This document shows positions 13,644 through 25,160 of a DNA stretch of 64,000 bases, piece by piece. The notes beneath the pieces are model-generated. The model had not been told where the DNA came from. It saw only the letters and a list, made by a program, of their open reading frames with translations, and made no database searches. Position numbers and translations under genes: made by a program. The stretch lies in assembly GCF_000143415.4 (NCBI RefSeq), contig NW_003314267.1:1247309-1311308 (forward strand). Reading direction: 5' to 3'. This DNA comes from Selaginella moellendorffii. Its lineage: Eukaryota; Plantae; Lycopodiophyta. Positions within the stretch are counted from its first letter, which is position 1. Every line of letters starts with the position of its first letter.

Positions 13644-13946
13644 TCAAAGCATTTGACATCCCCTAACCCTCCATTCTCTGATGGATTGCCAGCCCCCACA
13701 GTCTTATCCCATCACTTATGCTACCAAGCTTGATTGAATCCATCTTAGGGCCAGACTCTACTTATCCATCCACGTGAAACTGTCAAAATTTTCAAAATCA
13801 TCAACTAGCAGAGCGTCAAAATTGCAGAAAAGGGACACAAGGAAGAAGAAGATACAATCGAGCTCGGTAGCACAAAATGATGGAGCAGGACTGGGGGCTA
13901 GAAATCCTGTTGGGAGCAGAGGGTGCAGGGATGTCAAAGGCTTTGA
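13644..13946. repeat. Imperfect inverted repeat (fold-back, MITE-like): arms 13644-13740 and 13851-13946
   Basis: tcaaagcatttgacatccc...gctaccaagcttgattg pairs with caatcgagctcggtagc...gggatgtcaaaggctttga across a ~110-nt loop. Confidence 0.8.
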
Positions 13947-14449
13947 TTCTGACTGGTGTTCTACTAGTTAATGTAGCAAATTCTGAATCTTGACTTCTTT
14001 CCCAGGGTCCATCCATGGATTTGACAGGAATAGCTTGGATGTGGGCTGGGGTTTTCAGAATCAACAACCCTGTAGCAGAAAATGGGAGCGGGCGGGTAAG
14101 AAAGTTTCCCACTTTCAATTGGTGCACAATTGCAAGGAAGATTGTACACCTCCATTCTTGCTCATCATGTTTCAGACCATTGGGGCTGCACTTTGACTAA
14201 GTAGAATAGAACACATCTCTCGCCCTTCCTCCCTCATGTATACCACTGGTCAGTTAAATAATACAAGCAGCCTCAAGAAGATGATTTTGCTAGTTATGAT
14301 TCATAACTTCCATTCCAGGATCACCAGGATCTAGCATCCAGAGAAAATAAAAAATAAAAAATAAAAAAGGTAAGCTGCATACTTATAGAGATTGAATCTT
14401 CTCCACTACCAAGTATTCTGAGTGATGAAATACTTTTATGGAAGAGGCA

Positions 14450-14580
14450 GTTGTTGTAGTACTTTGAATCAAACAGACAACAATAGACAATGTCGCTAAA
14501 CCGGCAACTTCCTTGCAAAGCTAAATTTCTTGCACGTAATTGCAGCTCTCGGCATGAAAGTCAATGATCACACATCCCCA
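14450..14580 (-). pseudogene. Eroded duplicate of CYP59 exons 1-2
   Basis: gaagaggcagttgttgtagta...ccggcaactt..ttgca...ttgcacgtaatt.cagctctcggc.tgaa.tcaatga matches 8289-8440. Confidence 0.85.
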
Positions 14581-15612
14581 TCGAACTTTTTACTGATTCT
14601 AGTCAACGCATATAATACCACCCGTTGACTCTTATAGGACGGGTGCCAAAAGTTCGTAGCGAGTCGCCCAATCGAGAAACGATGGAGAGCGCGTTCTAAA
14701 AAATATTCAAGCACAGCATCTACGCACAAAGAAGGTAAACAAGAGAAACCAAAAACTAGAAGAGATCTCGTGTACCATTTCGGAGTTCACCGGCGATAAT
14801 CACCAGCGTTTTGCTGTCGCAGAGCTTTTCCAGAGTGTCGAGAAGATCTTGGACAGCTTTCTCGTTGTAAATCACATCCGAAGCAATCACTGGCAAAAGA
14901 AAGAGAGATTTCCAACAAAAAGAGAAAGCAAAAGGAATCTGAAGAATCACCATAATCTGGAGATGGATCGATGACCTCCTTGTCTATTTCATCTCCCCAC
15001 GAAAGCTCTCTCACACAAGCGGAGCCTCTAGCAGCAAAGCAGCTCACGTTCTCGTCCACATTTTTCTGGAGAAGTCTTAAGCGATCCGGCAAGTCCGTGA
15101 GAATGACTCTGGCACCGAGAAGCGCTGCAACACATCTGATATACATAAAACCATGAGATGAAATTCACCCAAGAACAAATCTAAAGTTACCCGGCAAGGC
15201 CGCATCCAGCTCCGAGCTCCACGCATTTCTTCCCTTGGAGCTCAAGCATCCCGCTATCCACAGCGTGCTCTAGAAATTTCGTGAGGATTACGGCCGAATC
15301 CCACACCACCGCGCCTGTCACACCTGGTTTTTGCTACGATACAAAGAAATCTTCTTAGCTCCCAAATTACTCACAGATCAGCTTACCATCGAAGACCGTG
15401 CCTGATGGATCAAATATCATACCCAGCGGCAGAAACGTGAAACGAAGCGGATCCTGCTGGACAAACGCATTGTGCCGTGCACCGGTCGGCTGCTGGAAAC
15501 ACCAAAACAAGACCGTCTCCTCCGGCCCATTCCTCACGGCGAAGAGGGGCACTCGATCCAGATTCTCGAACCAAACCTCTTCCTGGCCATCGCCATCGCC
15601 ATCTCGCTCCAT
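14568..15612 (-). CDS. METTL21-like protein-lysine methyltransferase (Methyltransf_16), multi-exon; exon 1 apparently frameshifted
   Basis: KPGVTGAVVWDSAVILTKFLE...KCVELGAGCGLAG|CVAALLGARVILTDL...ELSWG...IASDVIY...ELRN|DAVLEYFLE. As written, exon 1 does not join exon 2 in frame (see findings). Confidence 0.85.
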
Positions 15613-15905
15613 CCCTAAAACCCTAAGGGCATTTTGGCGGGCAACGCATATTCGCCTAAAGAAATATGCCCTTTTTGTCGCTCGCGGTGTCAATATGCTG
15701 TAAGAAAGAAGGGGAGAGAGAAAGAGCTATGGTGGCAATCCCTTGGTTTTTTTTCTTCTATTCTCTTCCTTTTTCTTGTTAGGGTTTGCCACTCGTCCTA
15801 GGGCTCGCGCCGCGTGGGCGGCGCCACGAGGAAGACCAAGACTCGTCCACCGCGAAGAATGCGACCGAGGATTCCTCGATCTTTGTCCCGGTTTGTGTAG
15901 ATTAG

Positions 15906-18249
15906 ATGCAAGGATGCGCTGCGCCGCTCTCGGCAATGGATTTCATGCCGCCATCGGCTGCTGCTGGCAGCCGGATAGAGGCGGCGGCGTGGAATCGCCG
16001 GGTAGCCGTCCAAAATCGGGCGCATTGGAGGCGAAATATCTCACAGCGGTGGAGATTTCTAGAGAAGGATTGTGTTCTTGGGGCTAGGAAGTGGCTGAAT
16101 GGAGGGAGCTGGACAGGAGGAAGAAATGGGAGGATGGAATCGATGTTTCAATGTCGATTCCAAGGGAGGACGACCCAGCGTACGGCGGATAAGAAAGGAA
16201 AGCTTCTGGATAGTGACGAGCCAATCTCGCTTCCAGTGGCACTCCTCTCGGTTCCACTGGGACTCGAGGCTGGTTCGTGGATTACGTCCGAGGTGGTCTC
16301 CAGCTACATGTGGTTTAAAGTGGTTCTCCGGCACGTCTTTCCACTCGCCATGACCATGGGAGCTCTCGAAAACTCTTCCGAGCTTCTGGAGCTTTCGTTG
16401 GATTCATCCCTTGGCCGAATGGTGCTGTGGAAGAAGCGCCAGAGCATCAAAGCTAGACAGAGGAGGAGGTCCTACGGTGCAGCCGCGGAGCCTGTTCCAG
16501 CCGAGAAGAAGATTGCCGGTTACTTGCCCGTGATGTCCAGTGCTTCCTCGTACGTCTGGTGTCCGCCGTCGCAGCAGCTCTTACTTCCAGCTCCACCGAC
16601 ATGGTCACTTCTAGTGGCCATCGAGTCTCTGTCCAGCGAGCTCGACTGCTACGTCTCTCGTTTCAAGTCCGGCATGAAAGCTCCGGACTGGTGGGATGAC
16701 ATGGGTGAAACTTACGGAGTTTCGTTACTCGTGCTCATCGGCATGGGTTACTGGGTGCAAGGATTTCGATGCTTCCCTTGGCTGGGGATGAACTATTACT
16801 TCAAGGACGGACTCCAGCTCGACCCGCTAACTCTCCAGTTTCTACAAAATACCGTCAACCTCCCGTATCTCGCCAAGCCAATCTACGGCATTATCTCTGA
16901 CTCGGTCTACATTCACGGTGCTCATCGCGTGCCTTACATTATCATTGCAGGTATGTTGCTATCTTGCTAGCTTTTAGATATTTTGCTTTCGGATAGATTT
17001 CTTACGAGCTTGTTTTGCAGGAATATGTCAAGTGATGTCATGGGGAACAATCATAGCAGTGCCAGGGGCTAGAAGGTCTGCCGGAATGCTCACAGCGTTT
17101 TTAACGTTTGGCAACTTCGGTGCTGCGGTAGCCGATGTAGCCAACGACGCTCTCGTTGCCGAAGCTGGGAAGAAGAAAGGCTGCACTGGTGGACAGCTCC
17201 AGTCTTTCGCGTGGCTAGCTTCAGCAGCGGGTGGTCTCCTGGGGAACCTCTTGTCCGGCCTTGCTCTCAGCGGCATGGACTTCGAGAGCATGTTCACGAT
17301 CTTCGTCATGTTCCTCGTGTGCCATCTCGCCATCGCCTTCATGGTCAGCGAGCAATCCTTCGGGCAGCGGAAGAGAGACGCCGGCAAAGGCAAGGTGGTC
17401 GCCTTCCCAGGAGGACCAAAGCTCGGGAATCTCATGAAGGGAGCAAAGGCCCGGGAGATGCAAGTTAAAGCTTACAGGAGCAACAAAGAGCTGCTCAAGA
17501 GCCAGGACGAGGACAAGATAACCGAGAGCCGCGAGCCAAAGGCCGTCGACATCCCCAGGCAGGTATCAAAACTCTTCGGCCTCGTCAAGTCGCCCGAGAT
17601 CCTCCTGCCGCTGCTCTGGTTCATGGGATCCTACGCAGTCATCCCGACGCTCTCGGGGACCATCTTCTACTATCAGTCACAGGCGCTCAAGATCAACCCG
17701 GTCTACCTCGGCGTGGCCAAGATGCTGGGCCAGGCGGGGCTCCTCGCCGGAAGCATGCTCTACGAGAGATACTTGAAGCCGGTTCCACTGCGAAGGCTGG
17801 TCGGCTGCGTCCAAATCCTCCTCTCGGTGTGCATGCTAGCGGACATCGGGCTCGTCAACCGGATCAATCTCCAGCTTGGCATCCCGGACCATTTCTACAT
17901 TCTCGGGGCCTCGGCGTTCGTGGAAGCCATCGGCCAGTTCAAGATACTACCATTCATGGTTTTTTTCGCAAAGCTTTGCCCGGCGGGGTGCGAGGGATCG
18001 CTGCTGGCCTTCTTCATGTCGTGCCAGTGCCTGTCGTGCATCGTGAGCGGCTATCTTGGGGTGGCTCTGGCATCGTTCCTGGCGATCAGTGCCAGCGATT
18101 TCACGCAGCTGGGGGTTGGGATTGTGGTGCAAGCGCTGGCGGCGCTGGTGCCACTGCTGGGATTAAGTTTGCTGCCGGGTGGAGAGATGGAAGACGAGGA
18201 AGAAGAAGAACAAGAGAATGGTGCTGCTAAAGTAGAAAAGGTTATGTGA
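15906..18249 (+). CDS. Folate-biopterin transporter (BT1/FBT family, MFS), two exons (intron 16951-17020)
   Basis: GYWVQGFRCFPWLGMNYYFKD...NLPYLAKPIYGIISD...HRVPY, VADVANDALVAE, GQLQS and LCPAGCEGSLLAFFMS motifs, plus a long N-terminal extension. Confidence 0.92.
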
Positions 18250-18505
18250 GAAATTTTGCATTGTTGTAATATATTTATATCAAATCAACAGGTTAACATA
18301 TTGATCTCAGAAATTCCTTTATAACAATAAAACCTAACAGAATATGCTAACAGAATATATTCAGACATTGTTAGTTTGACCAAAGCATACAATGTATCAT
18401 TTTTCTATGATTGGTTCTGATTGGCAATAAAAAGTTTCTTCTTGTCAATCAACTTGGTAAGGTTAGCTTCACCAATGTAAAGATTTTATTTTCTTCCCAC
18501 AGCAA

Positions 18506-18513
18506 TATATAAA
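18506..18513 (+). promoter_or_regulatory. TATA box of the secreted dirigent-like gene
   Basis: tatataaa ~55 nt upstream of ATG 18566. Confidence 0.6.
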
Positions 18514-18565
18514 CCCACCTATCTGTTTACCATCTCAGAAGTTCGAAGGTTGCTTTTCAATTGTA

Positions 18566-19067
18566 ATGGCATCCCAGGTTGCGCTTGTTTTGGCCCTCAT
18601 TGTTGCTCTCTTTGCTTCTTATGCATCTGCAAACTTGGTAAGTAAAGTTTAAATTGTAATAGATTCTAAATCTTCTATTCCAGTGCAAGAGCTACACCAT
18701 CCAAGGTTCCGCCCAGTTTGTTCTTGGCCAAAATGAGTTCCAAGTTGTTCCAACCGATGGTCCCATGGATCGTGATGGGTCCGTCCAAACATTTGCTGCT
18801 CCTCTTACTGGAAACTCGGGATGCATCTACCAAGGTGTGATTGCCGACACTGGAGCTCTGGATTTCCAGGTTTCCCAGCTCAAGTGTGGGAACAACCGGG
18901 TGGAGTTCATGGGTGATGCTGGAGCTTCTGCACCTGGTTCTTCCACCACATATGCGATTGTTGGCGGCACTGGCATTTATGTTGGAGCGATTGGAACAGT
19001 GACTGAGGTTTCACTAGGTGGCATGAACTATCAGGTCACCGCAAACATCAAGGTTTGCAACCAGTAA
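18566..19067 (+). CDS. Secreted dirigent/allene-oxide-cyclase-barrel-like protein, two exons (intron ~18638-18683)
   Basis: Signal-peptide exon MASQVALVLALIVALFASYASANL splices in frame to CKSYTIQG...YAIVGGTGIYVGAIGTV...IKVCNQ*. AIVGGTG-x-Y-x-GA-x-G is the dirigent/AOC C-terminal motif. Confidence 0.75.
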
Positions 19068-19249
19068 ATTATCTTCAAGATGATTTATAACTTCTAACAA
19101 CAATATAATAACATGAATCAAAATTTTAAAGTGCACTTTGCTCATCAAGATGAAAAAAAATAGCCGAGGAGAGGGTTGAAATCTTCTAAGAATTTACTTG
19201 GTACTCAAACACCTCTTGAACACAAAAGCTCATCTAGTTTAACTGTTTA

Positions 19250-20500
19250 AATAACAACGTTAACAATAGTACGTTTACATTCACAGCTTGCGAATGATCC
19301 TTGCGTCTCCAATTCGATTTCCTTCAGTTCTGATAACTTCCTTCCGGATAAATCTCTGTCCTGAGGAGGAATGCCAGTGCACTCCATCACTTTCAGCAAG
19401 CTCGCTTGCAACAGCCACAAAATGGCCTTCAAGGAGAAAAGCACCAGACCGAATGGCAGTGGTACTGGTACCGCGAACGGATTTACCTTCAAGAGCAACG
19501 AGCGTGTCCAGAAGAAGAGGTGAAGCTTGTTTGCTAGTTGCTAGCTTTTTCTATGGAGTGGTGTTGATCAGTTCCAACCCGGCAACGTCCGTATTGTGAA
19601 AGTGTTCACTGTTTCTTCAACTGGTGATTCAAGCCAGATGGTTCGGTTCACTGGAATTGGATGTTGCAAGTCGTCCAGCTTTTCGACTTCGACCACCTCC
19701 CCAAATTTGGTAGTCCGACCTTCTGACCACCTCTCCAAAGTTGAAACTCCGACCCTCGTTGAAACCTGGAGAAAGTGTTCTGGGTATAACATGGGTGCAC
19801 CATGCTGTGAGACGGGTGGCCACTGTCCGTAATCTGCTTCCCTGCTGCTTCTACTGTCTGAACAGAATTCAAGCTAGCGACCAGGGAATCCAGATCGAAG
19901 TGCGCCCACCACATTGAGTGATCAAACTCATTTTTGCTTCAAACTCAAGCTTCCAGCTTCATTCTGGCACTTACCCATGAATTGAATAGGATCAAATACT
20001 TCCTGCCAAGCTAGAGCAATCTCGGCAGCAGACCAAACAGGTAGAAACACCTGTGGAGTGCGGGCATCCTTATAAAACTCCTGAAAGTCTATCAACTTTG
20101 GGCTGGCTACCAATAGAACCTTGCACTTTAGTAATGGCTTGCCGTCCACAAGCCAGTACAGTTCCGGATCAAGGAGGACGCCCTTGCTGCTGCCAAGAGC
20201 GAAACATCTGTCGATACATGCCATCTTCTCAGCGTGCTGAGGTTCAAAGAGATGACCACTCTTGCTCTGAAAAGCCACCACCTTCCTGTCCTTAGTAGAG
20301 TTGTAATGAGAAAGGCGTGCTGTTGCCAATCCCAGGCACCCCCAACAGCAAAACCGACTTGCACCCTTTCCCCATCGCTACGAGCTTCTTACGGAGATCA
20401 GTGTAGCACGGCCGCTCCAAAATCCGAGTAGTACCACTTGCACACCAAAGAGCCTCCAGAGGAATCTGAGATGCCTCAGTTTGGAAGTCAAACAATGTTG
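19250..20500 (-). pseudogene. Crinkler (CRN)-like P-loop NTPase relic, frameshifted
   Basis: ERPCYTDL...VLLLGVPGIGN(S) (Walker A, K lost), YWLVDG (Walker B), VLLVASP...FQEFYK...FLPVWSAAEI and SHSMVH appear in CRN-NTPase order, spread over three frames. Confidence 0.7.
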
Positions 20501-21424
20501 TAGTCAGTAGTTAAATCTTGTTGGTGAATGAATGCAGAGAAACTATGCCTGAAAGAACTGACAATCTCCCTGACTAAGTGCATCTCGTTGCTGAACGTCG
20601 CTGAAGCCTTCATGAATGAGAACACAAGAAACTATGTCAAAGAATCAGAACACCCACCAGATTTGCATCATGTTGGTTAACTCGAAAATATAGGACTGAA
20701 CCCAGTTTCAGAGTGACGGGTCGCTCCTCGCACTCAAGATTCATTTCCACTCTTCAATCATTGCATAGAAATGACTAAGAGAGAATGAGGAACACAGAGC
20801 TGAAAGTCGTTACCATGGTCCTTATCCATGTCGAGCAAAGGCATGACATATTGCGATATGCGCCTTGCCGTATTTCGTCCAGCTTGTGAATCCAAGCTCT
20901 TTCAGCTTCTTGCCATGGATGGAAGGGTACCTTGATTTCAGAAATTCTTCAAACTCTCGCTCACTGACAAAACTTAGTTTACATTATTGAAGGGCTTAAA
21001 CTTACAGTCAACAGCAAATCAATTTTCTTGACTGGGAATTACCCAGCAAATGCTGGCTAGATGAAGAGTCCGACTCTACACATTAACAAAAGTTGCGGGA
21101 AGATTCAAAGTTTGTCTAAGAATGTAAGCTCAAACAAAAGCTCACCATTTTACATCCACAACTCCAACATACTGGTATCTTCCTCTAGCCATGCTACCTC
21201 AACAATCTAGACCACGTGGAGGCCTACACCAGTTTCCAGTCCCAGCCAATATAGGCATGGCAATCTTTTATCCCGATTGGACCAATGAAAAACAAAAAGC
21301 TCTTGCTTCTTGATCTTGTTGGGTCAGGCTACTTAACTAGCTGCGAGATTAGGTTGGAACAGTGGAAATCAAAAGTGGCTGTATATTCAAAGTTTACAAA
21401 TACAAAGTTGATTTATACAATTAC

Positions 21425-23790
21425 CTGGAGGCCTCACTGTCACCCAAGTCAGAATCTGCCATTACATGAAAGCCACCATAACCTCGCTGCTTGTTAAAGG
21501 ACTTATTTAACAACCAGAATTCCATCTTCTTCCCTGTAAACCCTTAGGCCTCCAAAAGAGTCTGAACTCCATCCAAACTGTGCCTGCCATCAAAGTTGTG
21601 CATGCCTATAGAACCTTGAATGATGACATCACCTGGGAAAAGATTTAAAACAAGAATAGTCGAAAATAGGAATCAAGAAACACTCCAGCAATGCCGAGCA
21701 CTCTCATCGATCAGACCTTGAGCGGCGTTGTAGCAGAGCCAAGATGGCTGCCAATAGCCTAAGCGCTCATGTTGCTTATGCGTGTGCACCATGGGGCAGC
21801 AAGGGACACATGGACCGATCTTGAAAAAGAAAAATCCAATCCATGCAAAATGGAATTAAGATCACTTGCTGCATGGCACAATTTCCCGGGAAAATCCTAA
21901 AAAAGCACCCTTGATTGCTGTGATCCATGGTCAAGATCACTTGTGGCCAGGAGATGAATTAAGATCCACTTAGCATACAAACCATTGTTGAATTATTTAC
22001 TCTAGGTACAAAGAACACGTAAAGATAACCTCCCCATTGTGCATGGCCTTTGCTCAAGGAGTTGCTCACTACTTCCCAAACCACAGAAACCTGCAATCAA
22101 TTTGAGAGAATAAGCTAGGGCACCAAAATTGCATTGCACCTGGGCATTCATGCCCATGCAGCCGATCATTCAACACCAAGAGTTGAGGTGAGGGAGTGAG
22201 GAGGTGAGGAAGTGCACCAGCGATGTAAATTGTTAGGAAGAGCTGCGCTATGTTCGGCAGCAGGCTAAGATCCACATGGAGATTTTGATTTCTGAGATAA
22301 AAATCTCCAAAAGCAACCTTGATCGCTCCCTTGGTGGATTCCATGCTCCTGCAAGAAGTGTTTTGTGTCAGAGAGAAAGAGCCACTCGAATAAACAAATG
22401 GGCACACATGGTATACCTGTCAATTCCCCTTCTTCCCCATTGGCAGCCAAAACTTCCTCCCGATTTTTCCTGAGAGCATAGCTTTGCCCCAGCTCAGAAC
22501 CTGAAAATTGAATTGATTTTGCATCCTCTGCAAGAATGGAGAGATCTTATTCGTAGCTGGGGCGTCCTACAAAGATGAGCAGAAAATTCTTGTGCAGCAT
22601 CTGAGAGATCCAAGCAGTCTCGAGTTCTATAACGCCCAGATGAAGTGGATGCCTTCAGTTATGTGGCTGCGCCCAAGAATACGCCAGTAGTGAATGGTGA
22701 TTGGTGGCGGATTATATGCTATGGATTGCAGGTGGAATGCAATAAGGAGCCAACATATTTTAGAATATATGTGGCTTGGAACTTGTTGTTAGGAGCTTAC
22801 AGCGAACACTCTTGCCCCCACTCATTGCACCTGCACCAGCTACTGCTGTTGGTGTCATTGAAGGCCAACTATTGAGCATTGTAGATTGCCACATCCGCAA
22901 ATCCATAAACGATCAAGATTTTGGAGGAAGAACTAAAGAAAACTGTTTCCAGTTGCAAAAGCTGCAATGATGACCAGACATGAGAGGAGCAATGCAAGCA
23001 CAAGCTTTCAAGTAGGAGACATAATTTCTAGAGAGCCAAGAGAAAAGAGGAGCAAATAGACTGAGCAAACAAAGGGGGCAACCTCCCATAGATAAAGCTT
23101 CAGAGCACAAACTCACACAAAAGCTCGCACAGGCTTTTGGTAGTAGTAGCACCTTAATGTGGATAACCATGGTTTGACCACCATCATCGGAATGATCTAC
23201 ACAGGTTTTCAATGCTGATCAAAATAGATCATGAAAAGATGAACACTGGAGCTAAAGAAAATTTGGAGCAGAGGCTTGTCTGTTGGATTCTTTCTCAATT
23301 GGCAAACTTTCAGCTTCAGTGACTAAAATCTGCTTCACATCCAACAAAAGCTATTGAGCTCTCCCTAGATGTAGTGAGTGCCATCCAGGCCTCAGATCGG
23401 ACGGCTGCTGGAGTATATAGATTCTATCAATTGGCCTTCACCCTTGAATTTTGAAACAAATCTTCATCCCATAATGGAACATAAAAGTATAAAGAACTGA
23501 GAACATTGAATTCTGGGCTCGGAGAAAATCTTTCTTGGACCAATTTGGTTCTCTCTCAAATTGCCTTCTCTCCACAGCTCAGAATAATTGAAAATCACCA
23601 AGCCTATACAGCACACTATACTCCATCCTTGAATTTTATCATGGAGAAGTTTATTTCATAGATAGATTCCTTTGCTTAGCATGCCCACATCCCTGCACAA
23701 GGCTATTGACTCTCCTTGATATACAAAACATTCAGCAACTTTGCAAAGAAAAGTCTAATAGACCTTCAATTCACCTGCTTCTAAAGCTGA
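21425..23790 (-). pseudogene. Long decayed coding-like region, possibly a second CRN-like gene with a restriction-endonuclease-like C-terminus
   Basis: Minus-strand frames stay largely open, with scattered stops and intron-like breaks. 21430-21820 reads GYWQPSW..N....LID.../DVIIQGSIGMHNF....L..V...L...GFTGKKMEFWLL. Confidence 0.4.
23021..23380 (+). repeat. ~300-360-bp degenerate direct repeat, copy 1 (copy 2 at 24359-24648)
   Basis: taatttctagagagccaa..aaaagaggagcaaataga...tctttctcaa.tggcaaactt...aaatctgcttcacat is shared. Confidence 0.9.
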
Positions 23791-24358
23791 AGTTACCTTT
23801 CTAGTTAAAGAGTGAAAAATCACACAGCTCCAACAGAACCCAAAACCATTTTGTTAGTGGCCATTGGTCCTAAAAAAGAATTGTGGTTACAGAAAGAAAC
23901 AAGAAGAATTTCTTACTGGAGGATATTTTCTTAAGCATAGCTTCTCCACCTGTAACTTGGCCTCATTTCCACGCAGACATAAGTTCCCCAGTGACTACTG
24001 ATGGGACACTAGGGAAGACCCTGACAAATTAGAAGCTCAAAATTCAGTGTACTTGGAACCCTCACCCGCATCTCTGTAGCTTCTCTCCACCACCTGGCAG
24101 ACAGCAAATCTGCAAATCTAAAACTCCGCTTTCATAAATTGAACGTGCGAGATCTCTGCCCTGCCACAGTAATATTGCTGACTATTGCTGAGTATGCGAC
24201 GGAACCCTAGAGTAGACACTTGTCACATTGCTTGTGCCGTCATCCCATTGGCTGCGAAAACATCAAGCCGCGGCTGGCTCGGGCCTCAAATTGGACGGCT
24301 GCTGGAGATTGGGCACTAGAGTTTTAGTATTATAGACAAGCTTTCAGAGTAAGAGCCT

Positions 24359-24648
24359 TAATTTCTAGAGAGCCAAAAGAAAAGAGGAGCAAATAGATTG
24401 AGCAAATAAAAGGGGCCTATCAAACCTCCTATAGATAAAGCTCTCACAAAAGCTTGCACTGACTTTTACTCCATTGGCAGTAACATGGATAATCATGATC
24501 AGAAAATATCATTAAAATACGAACATTGGAGCTAAAAAACATTTGGAGCGGAGGCTTGCCGGTTGGGTTCTTTCTCAACTGGCAAACTTCCACAGTTAGT
24601 GACTCAAATCTGCTTCACATTTCTAAACTCTCCCTGATGTAGCGAGTT
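24359..24648 (+). repeat. Direct repeat, copy 2
   Basis: Matches 23021-23380 with internal deletions. Confidence 0.9.
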
Positions 24649-24886
24649 CCAGAAATTTGGAACTCCAGGTCCCCGAGATTACACCAGCTTATTGTGCCAA
24701 CAGCTGCCACTCATGCATTAGAGCAAACCCCTGTCTTCCCTCCTGGGCCAATTGTGCATCCTATTATACTTTTGAAACTCACTAAACCCTTAAATGTTTA
24801 AGAAATGATTGTTTTAAGCTTTAGACATGGGGCTTTCTCGTTTTTATATATATAGATAAATGTTTTATATCCTATAATGATATAAA

Positions 24887-24970
24887 TGTCAGAAGTGGGA
24901 TTTGAACCCACGCCCTCGCGAGAGGAGCAGAACTTGAGTCTGCCGCCTTAGACCACTCGGCCATCCTGAC
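24887..24970 (-). tRNA. tRNA-Leu(CAA)
   Basis: GTCAGGATGGCCGAGTGGTCTAAGGCGGCAGACT-CAA-GTTCTG...GTGGGTTCAAATCCCACTTCTGACA, with a long variable arm and intact A and B boxes. Confidence 0.97.
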
Positions 24971-25022
24971 ATTTGATAATAAATATATCAGAAACACGAA
25001 TGAAAATATCCTGATTTATGAT

Positions 25023-25148
25023 TTCTTCAAGAAGGGATTTGGATCAGGATTCTTCAATAGCAGCGGAGTTGGCCTCTGATTCTCTTCTACCTCCCTCAAC
25101 AAATGGATGATGGTCATGATTATAAAGCCCCTCCTTCTTAAGGCTCCT
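25023..25148 (+). pseudogene. Eroded copy of the secreted repeat-protein gene at 26535
   Basis: ttcttcaagaaggga...gattcttcaa.agcagcggag.tggcctctgattctcttct.cctccctc..aaatggatgatg matches 26594-26690. No signal peptide. Confidence 0.85.
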
Positions 25149-25160
25149 AATATTTCACTC

